Of a stretch of 64,000 nt of DNA, positions 31,220 through 41,821 are shown in pieces. Under the pieces are notes generated by a model. The model saw only the letters and a program-made list of their open reading frames with translations, did no database searches and was not told the DNA's origin. The stretch is from Gammaproteobacteria bacterium (GTDB lineage Bacteria > Pseudomonadota > Gammaproteobacteria > GCA-001735895), in contig JBNKUM010000024.1 of the NCBI GenBank assembly GCA_050298595.1, forward strand, positions 1-64,000. Reading direction: 5' to 3'. The stretch's first letter is position 1. Each line of letters starts with the position of its first letter. The translations under genes were made by a program, and so were the position numbers.

Positions 31220-31951
31220 ATGCCCAACCGTCCCCCCAAAAAGCTGCTACATCCTGTAGGAAAAGCGATAGCTGATTTCAATATGATTCGAAGTGGTGAT
31301 CGTATTTTGCTCGGACTTTCCGGCGGCAAAGATTCGTTATCCCTACTACATATCCTGATGCACTTTCAACGCCACGCCCCAATCGATTTCGAGATAGGTG
31401 CCGTTACTATCAATCCACAAAGCGAAGACTTCGACCCCTCACCTTTAATTGCTTACCTGAAATCACTGAATGTGGATTATCACTTTGTGAGTGAGCCAAT
31501 AGTGGAGCTGGCGGAAAAACACATGAAGAAAGACTCATTTTGCGCCTTCTGCTCAAGAATGCGCCGAGGCCTGATGTATAAAACAGCACGAGCCAATAAC
31601 TATAATGTCATAGCACTAGGCCAGCATCTTGACGACCTGTCAGAAAGCTTTCTGTTGTCTGCATTACATGGAGGTCGTTTGAAAACGATGAAAGCTCATT
31701 ATATAAACGATGATGCTGACCTTCGTATCATTCGCCCAATGGTGTATGTCAGGGAACGCCAGCTCAGGGCATTTGCCACTAACGCAGAACTGCCTGTTAT
31801 TGAAGACAACTGCCCTGCATGTTTTGCCAAACCTACTCAGCGTCAACATATGAAAGAATTACTGGCTGCTCAGGAATCCGCCTTTCCAAACACCTTTAAG
31901 ACCTTGCTATCAACCATTAAGCCATTAATGAGAGAAGGCTTACCCGAATAG
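31220..31951 (+). CDS. ttcA: tRNA 2-thiocytidine(32) synthetase TtcA family
   Basis: PP-loop SGGKDS, CAFC, GQHLDD, CPAC. Start ATG 31220; the track's upstream extension overlaps the terminator. Confidence 0.85.
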   Translation: MPNRPPKKLLHPVGKAIADFNMIRSGDRILLGLSGGKDSLSLLHILMHFQRHAPIDFEIGAVTINPQSEDFDPSPLIAYLKSLNVDYHFVSEPIVELAEKHMKKDSFCAFCSRMRRGLMYKTARANNYNVIALGQHLDDLSESFLLSALHGGRLKTMKAHYINDDADLRIIRPMVYVRERQLRAFATNAELPVIEDNCPACFAKPTQRQHMKELLAAQESAFPNTFKTLLSTIKPLMREGLPE

Positions 31952-31956
31952 ACATC

Positions 31957-33408
31957 TTATTTCCTCCAGAAGGCGGGAGTAAACAGCACGAGCAGGGTAA
32001 AGATTTCCAGGCGCCCCAGCAACATGGCAAGGCATAGCAGCCACTTGGCAAAATCATTGATGGATGCGAAGTTTTGCCCAACCTCATCCAGCCCTGGTCC
32101 CAGATTATTCAGACAGGCCGCTACTGCAGAGAAAGCAGTATCCTGATTCAGTCCAGACGCCATCAGCAGCAATATCATCAGGGCAGATATAGCAAAATAA
32201 GCCGCAAAGAACCCCCAGACGGCTTCAATGACATTATCCGGCACCGGTTTGCGACCTATTTTTACTGCAAACTGGGCTGAGGGATGGACTAGTCGCTGAA
32301 GTTCACGTGCGCCCTGTTTGACCAGCAACAGGATTCGTATCACCTTAATGCCACCACCCGTCGAACCGGCACAGCCCCCCATATAGCTCACATACAATAA
32401 TAAAACCGGCAGGAAGCCCGGCCAGCTGTAATATTCCTGTGTCGTAAATCCAGTAGTAGTACCAATCGATACCACCTGAAATAGCCCTTCGATCATACTG
32501 TCCAGCGGGGAGTCAAAGGTCTTTGTAATCAATAAATATGGAATAGTAACCAGGCTGACCACCAGTAAAACCATGATATAGGTTCTAAACTCGGCATCTT
32601 TTAGATAAGGAGTCAATCTGCGTTGGCGTACCGAGCTAAAATGCAGCGCAAAGTTCACACCTGAAAGCAGCATAAAAACAATGGCGATGAGTTCAATACC
32701 TCTATTATTGAAATACCCCATGCTAGCATCGTGAGTAGAGAACCCACCGATAGCCACGGTAGAAAATGCATGCGAAATCGCATCGAAAGTATTCATGCCT
32801 GCAAGCCAGTAGGCAATACCACAGGTAACGGTGAGGGTCAGGTAGATATACCACAGTGCTTTTGCTGTTTCGGTGATGCGAGGTGTTAATTTTGTATCCT
32901 TCACTGGCCCAGGGGTTTCAGCACGGTATAGCTGCATGCCACCAATACCCAGCATAGGCAGTACTGCAACCGCCAGTACGATAATACCCATACCCCCCAT
33001 CCATTGAAGCTGCTGACGATAAAAAAGAATAGCGTGTGGCAGGTCATCGATGCCTACAATAACCGTTGCACCGGTTGTTGTCAGGCCTGAGATAGCTTCA
33101 AACACTGAATCGGTAATCGAAATATCATGCATACCAGATAGATACAGAGGTAGACCACCTGCGCTTCCCAGCACAAACCAGAACATGACAACCACCATAA
33201 ATCCATCGCGCAGGCGTAACTCTTTTTTATGCTTAATCAGTGGCAAAAATAACATCAGCCCACCAACCAGTATGATCAGGAACGATTCTAGAAAAGGGAT
33301 AGCGCTACCTTCCTGATAGATCAAATCGACCAGAACCGGTGGTAGCATGTTGGCACTAAAAACAACTAATAGCAGACCTAGAATTCTGATAATGACTAGA
33401 TATTGCAT
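31957..33408 (-). CDS. trkH: Trk potassium uptake membrane protein
   Basis: SGLTTTGAT, AIGGFS, GSTGGGIK, NNLGPG, GRLE. Confidence 0.97.
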   Translation of the reverse strand: MQYLVIIRILGLLLVVFSANMLPPVLVDLIYQEGSAIPFLESFLIILVGGLMLFLPLIKHKKELRLRDGFMVVVMFWFVLGSAGGLPLYLSGMHDISITDSVFEAISGLTTTGATVIVGIDDLPHAILFYRQQLQWMGGMGIIVLAVAVLPMLGIGGMQLYRAETPGPVKDTKLTPRITETAKALWYIYLTLTVTCGIAYWLAGMNTFDAISHAFSTVAIGGFSTHDASMGYFNNRGIELIAIVFMLLSGVNFALHFSSVRQRRLTPYLKDAEFRTYIMVLLVVSLVTIPYLLITKTFDSPLDSMIEGLFQVVSIGTTTGFTTQEYYSWPGFLPVLLLYVSYMGGCAGSTGGGIKVIRILLLVKQGARELQRLVHPSAQFAVKIGRKPVPDNVIEAVWGFFAAYFAISALMILLLMASGLNQDTAFSAVAACLNNLGPGLDEVGQNFASINDFAKWLLCLAMLLGRLEIFTLLVLFTPAFWRK

Positions 33409-33411
33409 GCT

Positions 33412-34788
33412 TCAGATATAGGTTATTGCGACCTGGAACAGTTTTTCCACATCGACAATGTCCCGTTTATCGGTCAGAAAAAGGATGACATGATCTTCAG
33501 ATTCTACAATCGTATCGTGATGGGCAATCATTACCTCTTCTCCACGTACTATCGCACCAATAGAGGTTCCCCTGGGTAGTTTCAGGTCGACAATACGTCT
33601 TCCTACTACCTTGGATGATTTTTCATCACCATGTGCGATTGCCTCAATTGCTTCGGCAGAGCCTCGGCGCAGAGCGTGCACGGCAACGACATCGCCTCTA
33701 CGTATATGTGCCAGCATTGCACCAATCGTTACCTGATGGGGTGACAGGGCAATGTCGATCATGCCGCTTTCTACCAGGTCTACATAAGCGGGCCGGTTGA
33801 TCAGAGACATCACTTTTCTGGCACCCAGACGCTTTGCCAGCATGGCAGATAAAATATTGGCTTCGTCATCATTTGTTAGCGCACAGAACACATCCATAGA
33901 CTCGATATTTTCTTCTAGCAAAAGATCTGGATTAGCCGCGTCACCATATAAAACAATACTTGAGTTCAGATCACCAGCTAGCTGGTTTGCTTTCTGCTTG
34001 TCTCTTTCAATAATCTTAACCTGATAATGCTTTTCCAGGCTTAAAGCCAGCTGACTGCCGATATTACCACCACCAGCCAGCATCACACGCTTTACAGGCT
34101 TTTCAAGTTTACGCATTTCGGCGATCACTAGAGGAATATGCTTTCTGGCGGCCAGGAAAAACACTTCATCATCAGCTTCAATAACCCTGTCTGCTGTCGG
34201 TGCGATAGATTTACCATTTCTGAATATGGCTGCAACCCGTACATCTACACCGGGAATATGTTTGCGTATCGTTTGTAACTCTTGCCCAATCAATGGGCCT
34301 CCGTAATACGCTTTTACCGCTACCAGTTGCACCTTACCGTCAGCGAAATCAAGTACCTGCAACGCACTTGGATGCTCGATAAGGTGATGGATATATTCAG
34401 TAACCAGGTTTTCTGGACTAATGCTGACATCTACGGGAATTGCATCGGGACTGAAAAGCTGCTGATGCTGCATGTACTCCTGTGAACGGATACGCGCAAT
34501 CTTTGTTGGGGTGCGGAACAGGGTGGAAGCGATCTGACAGGCCACCATATTGATTTCATCGCTATTGGTTAATGCGATCAACATATCGGCATCATCCGCA
34601 CCTGCACGCTTTAGCACACTGGGATAGGAGCCATTACCACAAATGGTGCGCAAGTCGAGTCTATCCTGTAGTTCAGATAGTATGCCCTGCTCCACATCAA
34701 TGACGGTGATTTCGTTGCTATCTTCTTTTGCCAGCTCAGTGGCTACTGAAGATCCGACCTGACCAGCACCGAGAATAATAATATTCAT
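33412..34788 (-). CDS. trkA: Trk potassium uptake regulatory protein
   Basis: Two RCK/NAD domains (GAGQVG, GGGNIG). Confidence 0.97.
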   Translation of the reverse strand: MNIIILGAGQVGSSVATELAKEDSNEITVIDVEQGILSELQDRLDLRTICGNGSYPSVLKRAGADDADMLIALTNSDEINMVACQIASTLFRTPTKIARIRSQEYMQHQQLFSPDAIPVDVSISPENLVTEYIHHLIEHPSALQVLDFADGKVQLVAVKAYYGGPLIGQELQTIRKHIPGVDVRVAAIFRNGKSIAPTADRVIEADDEVFFLAARKHIPLVIAEMRKLEKPVKRVMLAGGGNIGSQLALSLEKHYQVKIIERDKQKANQLAGDLNSSIVLYGDAANPDLLLEENIESMDVFCALTNDDEANILSAMLAKRLGARKVMSLINRPAYVDLVESGMIDIALSPHQVTIGAMLAHIRRGDVVAVHALRRGSAEAIEAIAHGDEKSSKVVGRRIVDLKLPRGTSIGAIVRGEEVMIAHHDTIVESEDHVILFLTDKRDIVDVEKLFQVAITYI

Positions 34789-34877
34789 CGTTATTAACTA
34801 CTTATTTTTCATTTTATTAGGTTGAACAGAAATGGGTATACCACAGGCAGTATATATCCAATCGTTCCTGCAATTGA

Positions 34878-36158
34878 TTATTTTCTATTATGCAGACCCA
34901 GGGCCTTAAGTTTTCGGTATAGATTGGTGCGTTCCAGGCCTATTTTTCGGGCCAGATCTGAAACATTATTGTGGCAGATCTCTAATTGCTGCCTGAGATA
35001 TTCACGTTCAAAAAATTCTCGTGCTTCGCGCATATCCAGATTTAAATCAATATGCAAATTTAGCTGGTTGTCACTCACACTGGAGGCACTGGATTGAACA
35101 TTCATCAGCAGTGCCTGTATCTCATCCAGCTCTATGTTATCCGCATCGCTATTGGATAATAACTGTTTTATTAAAGACTTCAGTTCAGCCAATCCACCGT
35201 TCCAACGGTGGTTACGAATCATATTCTGCGCAGCCACCCCAAAATGTCGATAGGGTAAGCCTTCTAGCTCCGCATACCAGTTGACATAATATTCAAGCAA
35301 TTCAGGAATATCCTCGATACGTTCATCCAGCTCAGGAATATAAACAGCATTACGCCAGTATTCAGCCAGCTCAGGGATAATCTCAGATTTTTCGCGCAAC
35401 TGCTCATAACTATACTGACTCGAAACGACCAGACGTCCATTGGAGGGTGACGTAGCAAGGCGCTGCAATAGCGATAGTAGGACTTGCTGAGCATGCCGAT
35501 TTAGATCACTGACTTCATGGATGAATATATTCCCGGTCAAACCATTTTTATAGAATTCATCATCCGCCTGGAACGATTGAACCGGATAGACCGGTTGACG
35601 CAAATGAAAAAGATAATCAACCCAGATACTGACTCCTGACCCCATCAGGCCCGTGATAAATACCGCTTGATTATGCAGCGCCAGCTCCTGCATGGTCAGG
35701 CGTAACTGCTGCATTTTATGGCTATTACCTACCGGTTGTTCGCGCCTTAAAGCTTTTACGGTAGAAGAACCCTGCTGGCTCTGTAAGGCAGATTTTACCG
35801 TACGCAACAGTTTCGCCATAGAGAGCGGCTTCTCGACAAAATCAAAAGCACCATAGCGCGTTGCTTCAACCGCAGTTTCCACCGTACCATGACCTGACAT
35901 CATCACGACTGGCCCAGTCAATTCTTTCTTCTCGTTCCACAGCTTAAGTAAGCTAACACCATCCATTTCGGGCATCCATATATCCAGCAAAACCAGGTCA
36001 GGGTTAAACACAGGCTTTCGATCTATCGCCCGTTGGGCATGCTCAGCCACTTCCACCTCATAACCTTCATCCTCCAGGATGTCTTTTAACAATTCCCTGA
36101 TATCAGGTTCATCATCTACTACCAGAATTTTACTTTGTATCGACATATTGTTAGCCAT
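34878..36158 (-). CDS. NtrX-like response regulator (receiver, degenerate AAA+, Fis HTH)
   Basis: LLDIWMP, MSGHGTVETAV, ERTNLYRKL; synteny with ntrY and trkA. Confidence 0.88.
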   Translation of the reverse strand: MANNMSIQSKILVVDDEPDIRELLKDILEDEGYEVEVAEHAQRAIDRKPVFNPDLVLLDIWMPEMDGVSLLKLWNEKKELTGPVVMMSGHGTVETAVEATRYGAFDFVEKPLSMAKLLRTVKSALQSQQGSSTVKALRREQPVGNSHKMQQLRLTMQELALHNQAVFITGLMGSGVSIWVDYLFHLRQPVYPVQSFQADDEFYKNGLTGNIFIHEVSDLNRHAQQVLLSLLQRLATSPSNGRLVVSSQYSYEQLREKSEIIPELAEYWRNAVYIPELDERIEDIPELLEYYVNWYAELEGLPYRHFGVAAQNMIRNHRWNGGLAELKSLIKQLLSNSDADNIELDEIQALLMNVQSSASSVSDNQLNLHIDLNLDMREAREFFEREYLRQQLEICHNNVSDLARKIGLERTNLYRKLKALGLHNRK

Positions 36159-36163
36159 TTACA

Positions 36164-38314
36164 TTAACTTACCATCTCTGCCGGTAAGCGTAGAATAACC
36201 TCAGCGCCAGCCTGTTTACTATTTTGCGCCAACACCATACCGCCGTGCTCTTCGACAATTTTTTTGACTATAGCCAGACCCAGCCCGCTACCACTGGTTT
36301 TAGTTGTGACATAGGGCTCGAACAGGGTATCCAGTATCTCTTCATCAACGCCTTCTCCACTATCCAGCACCGAAAACTCCACATATTCGCAGCCATATTC
36401 CTGCATGCAGCGTGTTTGCAGCTTGATCCAGCCTTTTTTACCTACTGCTTCCAGTGCATTCTTCACCAGATTGTGGATCAGCTGCCGCACCCTTACCGTA
36501 TCTGCATAAATTTGCGGGATGGCATCATCAAGCTCCAACTGGATATCAACCTTTCGATGGGTGTCGCGATACAGCTCAAGAACCTCCTTCAGAATCTGGT
36601 TTAGATCGATTTGTTCGGGATTTTTATCCGCGGTACTCGCATAATCGGTGAAGGTATTTACCATAGATTTCATCGCTTCAACCTGCTGCACAATGGTATG
36701 GGTGTAGCGATCCAGCATCTGCTGACGCTCTTCATCCACCTGCCCCGCCAGCTTTCGCTGAAGACGCTCTGCTGATAGCTGAATGGGTGTCAATGGGTTC
36801 TTGATTTCATGAGCCAGACGTCTGGCCATTTCACTCCAGGCAGAGTTTTTCTGGGCCTGTATCAGCTCGGTTAAATCATCAATTACAACAACCTGCTCAC
36901 CCATTTCGTTGACGCGCTGTTCCAGCTGGGTACCCTGCAGGCGCAAAATTTTTCGCCCGCTCTTACCATACACGATGATCTCTTCTTTCCAGTCCTGCTG
37001 CAGTTTTATGTTGCGTTTTACCACCTCAAAAAAAGGTTTTAACTGTGGGTATTTGATCAAAATCTGAGTAATAGTCTGATCAGAAAAGCAGCCTGATTCC
37101 AGGCCAAATATAGCTTCAACCCCTCGATTTCCCCGCTTGATAAGCCCCACTTCATTGATCGTCAATACACCCGAGTTGATATGTTCCAGCACCGATTGCA
37201 GATAATTTTTCTGTAACGCTTCCATCAACTGACTCTGATCAGCTATCGCACGTGCACGAGAAAGTTTGCGCGTCATAGTATTGAAAGAACGCGTCAGAAA
37301 ACTAAGCTCGTCGTCGCCGGAAACCTGTAACTGTTTTTCATAGTCTCCCGCAGCTACCGCCTGCGTACCCTCAACCAGATTATTGATAGGCGAAACCAGC
37401 CGACGTGCGGAGAGAAATGCGACGTAAATCGCCGATAGCACGCTTAACAACCAGACCAGAGACAGCGCCAGAGTAAAACTGGTTTTCAATGGGTCGCGCA
37501 AAACAGCCAACTCCCGATAACGTTCGTAGGCCTGCTGCACACCCTGCGTTAACTCATTCACCTGATCGGTCACCGGAAACAGGGCCTGCAAGGTTTTATC
37601 CTGCTCGGTTGCCAGTAAGCCGCGTACTGGTACCACCACCCGTATCTGTATACCACTACCTTCATTATCTTCCAGCTTCAGGTAATGATCATTCTGCCCC
37701 AGGTTACCAAAAGCCGTTTTTGCTAAGGTTTCAGGTAGCTCAGAAGAGTTTTCACTACTCGATACCAGAATTTCACCATTCCGCCCGACCATGGTTAATT
37801 CGCTGGCATTTTGCTGATTTCGCGCATCGTTGAGATAGATAACTCTCAGCTCTTCTGGAATAGTTGGAATTTCATTCGCTATCTGCTGGGTTTTCTTCAA
37901 CGCTTCGCGTTTACGTAAATCGATAGCACTACGCCCAAGCTGAAGAGAATCTTCCAGTGCCTGCTCAACCCCAACGTCAAACCAGCTGTCGATACTTCGA
38001 TGCAGGAAAGTGAGGGAAAAATAATAAACGATACTGACGGGAATAATGGTGAGCATGACAAAAGCGCCTATCATACGTGTAGTTAACCTTGAACCTACCG
38101 CTTTAAGACGGTACTGCACAATCAGTTTATAGACGTTGTATACGATCAGCCCAATCAGGGTAATCAAACCCAGAGCATTAAAAAATACCAATAGATTGTA
38201 ATATTTGCCGAAAGAAGCCGAGTTGGATGTAGCGTCACTGATTGAATATAGAGATACAAACAATAGAATGAGTAAAGCCATGAACGGCATGTAATTCTTC
38301 AACATGCGATTCAT
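36164..38314 (-). CDS. NtrY-like sensor histidine kinase (HAMP, PAS)
   Basis: AWSEMARRLAHEIKNPLTPIQLSAERL, GSGLGL. Confidence 0.93.
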   Translation of the reverse strand: MNRMLKNYMPFMALLILLFVSLYSISDATSNSASFGKYYNLLVFFNALGLITLIGLIVYNVYKLIVQYRLKAVGSRLTTRMIGAFVMLTIIPVSIVYYFSLTFLHRSIDSWFDVGVEQALEDSLQLGRSAIDLRKREALKKTQQIANEIPTIPEELRVIYLNDARNQQNASELTMVGRNGEILVSSSENSSELPETLAKTAFGNLGQNDHYLKLEDNEGSGIQIRVVVPVRGLLATEQDKTLQALFPVTDQVNELTQGVQQAYERYRELAVLRDPLKTSFTLALSLVWLLSVLSAIYVAFLSARRLVSPINNLVEGTQAVAAGDYEKQLQVSGDDELSFLTRSFNTMTRKLSRARAIADQSQLMEALQKNYLQSVLEHINSGVLTINEVGLIKRGNRGVEAIFGLESGCFSDQTITQILIKYPQLKPFFEVVKRNIKLQQDWKEEIIVYGKSGRKILRLQGTQLEQRVNEMGEQVVVIDDLTELIQAQKNSAWSEMARRLAHEIKNPLTPIQLSAERLQRKLAGQVDEERQQMLDRYTHTIVQQVEAMKSMVNTFTDYASTADKNPEQIDLNQILKEVLELYRDTHRKVDIQLELDDAIPQIYADTVRVRQLIHNLVKNALEAVGKKGWIKLQTRCMQEYGCEYVEFSVLDSGEGVDEEILDTLFEPYVTTKTSGSGLGLAIVKKIVEEHGGMVLAQNSKQAGAEVILRLPAEMVS

Positions 38315-38883
38315 TGAGTGATCTCCAATTCATACCACTCACTGCTCAAATCCCAGTTATTTTCCCACAACGAGGAAGATTTTAAAGGTACCGGTAGCGC
38401 TGACTGATCCACTCCAATACGCAGTCGTGCCAAGTATGATTCATCCTCCTTAAGATTGCTTTTATCCAGCATTGGAAGGTCAAGAATCACGGCTAATTGC
38501 TGTACAGCTTCGTTTATTGAAGAAAAATATTGTCGCCTGCCTGAATTCACATCAAACACCGAAACAGCATCAAGTAATGGATGATTATTTATCTGATATT
38601 GCTGTTTGATATTTACAATCTGCTCATTAAACCAGAAGCTTTTATGACGATAAAACTCTATTTCAATCACTAGTGGTAAATTAAAACCCTGATCTATTGC
38701 AGTGGTTATATAAACCGGTAAATGAATATCAAAAACAGCATTTAAAAAAACCACATCACCTTTTAAATGCATATTGGCGGATTTCACTATAAACGGGTCA
38801 GCAGCCTGAGCCGCAACAGAACAAGGCTGTACTAAAAGCACCAGGCTAACGACCCAGGCCAGTATTAGCCTTTTCAACAACAT
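38311..38883 (-). CDS. DUF4390-family periplasmic protein
   Basis: Signal peptide, LPVPL...W motif; conserved position between rsmB and ntrY. Confidence 0.8.
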   Translation of the reverse strand: MLLKRLILAWVVSLVLLVQPCSVAAQAADPFIVKSANMHLKGDVVFLNAVFDIHLPVYITTAIDQGFNLPLVIEIEFYRHKSFWFNEQIVNIKQQYQINNHPLLDAVSVFDVNSGRRQYFSSINEAVQQLAVILDLPMLDKSNLKEDESYLARLRIGVDQSALPVPLKSSSLWENNWDLSSEWYELEITQ

Positions 38884-38890
38884 CTAAATA

Positions 38891-40240
38891 TCAGCCTCTT
38901 TTCTCAAGTAACGCATAATAAAATCCATCCATATCATTAAATCCGGGTAAAATCTGACGCCCATATAGACGTTGAATGCCCCATTGTACAGAGTTTAAAG
39001 GTAGTTCAACACAGCCAACTTTTTGATCACAAAAATCTGCAATCTGTAATTCATTCTCGGCTTGAAATATCGAACAGGTACTATAAAGCATACGCCCTCC
39101 TTTTTTCAGCAAGGGCCATAGCGCATCTAACAACTTCTTCTGCTGCCTGACCAGTTGCGGTATATCTTCAGGTTTACGCAGAATACGAATATCCGGATGA
39201 CGCCGGATAATACCGCTGGCAGAACAGGGTGCATCGAGCAGAATACGATCAAATTGAATGCCATCAAACCAGCTTTCTGGTACAGCAGCATCAGCATGGA
39301 TTAGTTTCGCTGCAAGATTGGCACGCTGGATATTCTGATCAACTCGTCGTAAACGCTGTTCATCTTTATCCAGAGCAAACACTTCTAGCCCATCAGCAGA
39401 TTGCAATATATGTAGCGTCTTGCCGCCCGGCGCAGCACAGGCATCCAGTACTCGCATTGCTGGTTGACAATCCAGTAAGGATGCTGCGACCTGGGCGGAG
39501 GAATCCTGCACACTAACCAGACCATCATCGAAACCGGGGATCTTGTCAACCGGCAAAGCCTGCTGAAGAATAATCGCAGTAGGTATCAATTCATGAGCAA
39601 CAGCCTCCAGTTGCTGAGCTTGCAGCATTTGAAGGTATGCATCACGAGAAACCTGCCTGGTATCTACTCTAAGCACCATTGGAGGAGATTGATTAGCCGC
39701 TTGCATCAGAGTCGGTGAGTCAGAACCCCAGTCAGCCTTAAACTGATCTTGCATCCACTGCGGGTAGGCAAGTGCATGCTCATGAGCCCTTAGTTTTGCT
39801 CGATTTGACGGGTCTTCGGAGCTATGCGCACGCAGATAATTACGTAAAACCGCATTGACTAAACCCCTTGCCCATTTTTTTCTTTGATATTCAACCAGGT
39901 TGACTGTTTCATTGACTGCGGCATGATCATCGGTACGCATAAACCGAATTTGATACAACCCAAGTAACAGGATGATCTGGATATCGAAATCCTTGCCTTT
40001 TAAGGGTTTCTTTAACAGGGGCTTCAGTTCAGCTGAGAGCAAAAAGTAATATCGACAGAAGCCATAACACAGCTCACTGCATAGCCCCTGATCACGACTA
40101 TAATCGAGATTGCTTAACTGTTTTTCTAACTGGGAACTGAGGGATTGCCCTTTCACCACTACCGACAGGCAAATCTTGAGCGCGAGCTGACGAGCATTTT
40201 GCTTTTTATTCTGTAAACTATTCTGCAAAACTTTGATCAC
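38891..40240 (-). CDS. rsmB: 16S rRNA m5C967 methyltransferase (start uncertain)
   Basis: NusB-like N-terminus, DACAAPGGKT, LDAPCS, YSTCS. Confidence 0.95.
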   Translation of the reverse strand: MIKVLQNSLQNKKQNARQLALKICLSVVVKGQSLSSQLEKQLSNLDYSRDQGLCSELCYGFCRYYFLLSAELKPLLKKPLKGKDFDIQIILLLGLYQIRFMRTDDHAAVNETVNLVEYQRKKWARGLVNAVLRNYLRAHSSEDPSNRAKLRAHEHALAYPQWMQDQFKADWGSDSPTLMQAANQSPPMVLRVDTRQVSRDAYLQMLQAQQLEAVAHELIPTAIILQQALPVDKIPGFDDGLVSVQDSSAQVAASLLDCQPAMRVLDACAAPGGKTLHILQSADGLEVFALDKDEQRLRRVDQNIQRANLAAKLIHADAAVPESWFDGIQFDRILLDAPCSASGIIRRHPDIRILRKPEDIPQLVRQQKKLLDALWPLLKKGGRMLYSTCSIFQAENELQIADFCDQKVGCVELPLNSVQWGIQRLYGRQILPGFNDMDGFYYALLEKRG

Positions 40241-41147
40241 TCAAATTTCGTGCATTCAATACCTGGTCCGCCATCTGCCTCTTTTTACCTGCAAACTGTA
40301 GCTCTTTGATTTGCAACACACCTTCACCACAGCTTACTTTTATACCCAGCCGGTCATGCTGGATCACCCTGCCAGGAATCTCTTCAGAGTTTTCATTACA
40401 CGCTATTGCAGACCATATTTTGACTGGCTGGTTGTTGAAAGTGGTAAAACTCACTGGCCAGGGGTTAAATGCTCGAATCTGCCTTGCCAGTGCGAATGCA
40501 GATAACCTCCAGTCTATTGCAGCTTCCTGCTTAGTCAATTTGTCTGCATAGGTCGCCAATGCATCATCTTGTGTTTCAGCTTGAATAGATTGATTCTCTA
40601 GCGCGTCAAGATGTGCCTTAAGAAGCTTAGCGCCCATGACCATAAGTTGATCGTGTAGTTCTGCCGCAGTGCTTTGATCAGTGATAGTCAGCCTTGACTT
40701 CGCCAGCATAGCGCCAGTATCCAGTCCAACATCCATTTGCATCAATGTAATCCCGGTTTCACTATCACCAGCCAGTATTGCTCGCTGAATCGGTGCAGCG
40801 CCCCGCCAGCGCGGTAATAAAGAAGCATGGATATTGACGCAGCCGAGCCTGGGGGCATCTAGTACCTGTTGTGGCAATATCAACCCATATGCCGCAACAA
40901 CCATCAAGTCAGCCTGATAATCGACCAATTTTTGAATGGCTTCCTGGTTACGTAATGAAACTGGTTGCTCTACAGTTAACCCGAAACCTTCGGCGCAAAG
41001 TTTGACTGGACTTGCCTGTAAGTTTCGACCGCGCCCTGCAGGCCTGTCTGGTTGAGTATATACAGCCACCACCTGATGGCTAGACAGCGCGAGCATCTCC
41101 AGCGCAGGAACTGCAAATTCCGGCGTACCGGCATATATTATCTTCAT
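40218..41147 (-). CDS. fmt: Methionyl-tRNA formyltransferase
   Basis: AGTPEFA, TQPDRPAGRG, NIHASLLPRWRGAAPI. Confidence 0.98.
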   Translation of the reverse strand: MKIIYAGTPEFAVPALEMLALSSHQVVAVYTQPDRPAGRGRNLQASPVKLCAEGFGLTVEQPVSLRNQEAIQKLVDYQADLMVVAAYGLILPQQVLDAPRLGCVNIHASLLPRWRGAAPIQRAILAGDSETGITLMQMDVGLDTGAMLAKSRLTITDQSTAAELHDQLMVMGAKLLKAHLDALENQSIQAETQDDALATYADKLTKQEAAIDWRLSAFALARQIRAFNPWPVSFTTFNNQPVKIWSAIACNENSEEIPGRVIQHDRLGIKVSCGEGVLQIKELQFAGKKRQMADQVLNARNLSDQSFAE

Positions 41148-41176
41148 TGTCAGGTTATCCTGAATAAGAGGTTATT

Positions 41177-41683
41177 TCAGGAGGCTTCCTGTTTCTTTTG
41201 TTTTTCCAGCTTCTTACGTATGCGATCACGCTTAAGTGCAGAGATGTAATCGACGAAGAGCTTCCCCTCCAGATGATCAATTTCATGCTGAATACAGACA
41301 GCTTCCAGGCCATCTGCAGTTAATTCAAAAAACTTACCATCAGCATCCTGAGCACGAACAGATATTTTCTCAGCCCGTCTTACAGTTTCATAATAACCGG
41401 GTACCGACAGACAGCCCTCATCCATTTCCTCTTCCCCTTCAGACTTAAGGATTTCCGGGTTAATCAATACCTTAGGTTCATTCTTCCCTTCAGACACATC
41501 CATAACCAGAAGACGTTTATGAACATTGACCTGGGTAGAAGCTAATCCGATTCCGGGAGCTTCATACATGGTGTCAAACATGTCACTGATCAGTGTTTTC
41601 AAGTTACTATCAAATTTAGTAACCGCTTTAGCTTTAGTACGCAAGCGGGGATCTGGATAATGTAAAATATTTAATAATGCCAT
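41177..41683 (-). CDS. def: Peptide deformylase
   Basis: [20 protein letters not shown]. Confidence 0.98.
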   Translation of the reverse strand: MALLNILHYPDPRLRTKAKAVTKFDSNLKTLISDMFDTMYEAPGIGLASTQVNVHKRLLVMDVSEGKNEPKVLINPEILKSEGEEEMDEGCLSVPGYYETVRRAEKISVRAQDADGKFFELTADGLEAVCIQHEIDHLEGKLFVDYISALKRDRIRKKLEKQKKQEAS

Positions 41684-41821
41684 AATTTAAACTTCGAGAA
41701 CATTTACAAGTTTTAGCTCCAAGTTTATGATTATAATAGAATCTTAACCATAAAAAAGGTTGTAGTTAGAGAGAATTCAACTACAATCGCCCAATATAAA
41801 TTCACCACCTTAGGGGTTTCT

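Noticed and set aside
31144-31329. 61-aa minus-strand ORF and the N-terminal extension of ttcA from 31169
   Set aside because: The ORF is antisense to ttcA, and the extension starts inside the terminator U-tract. ATG 31220 fits better.
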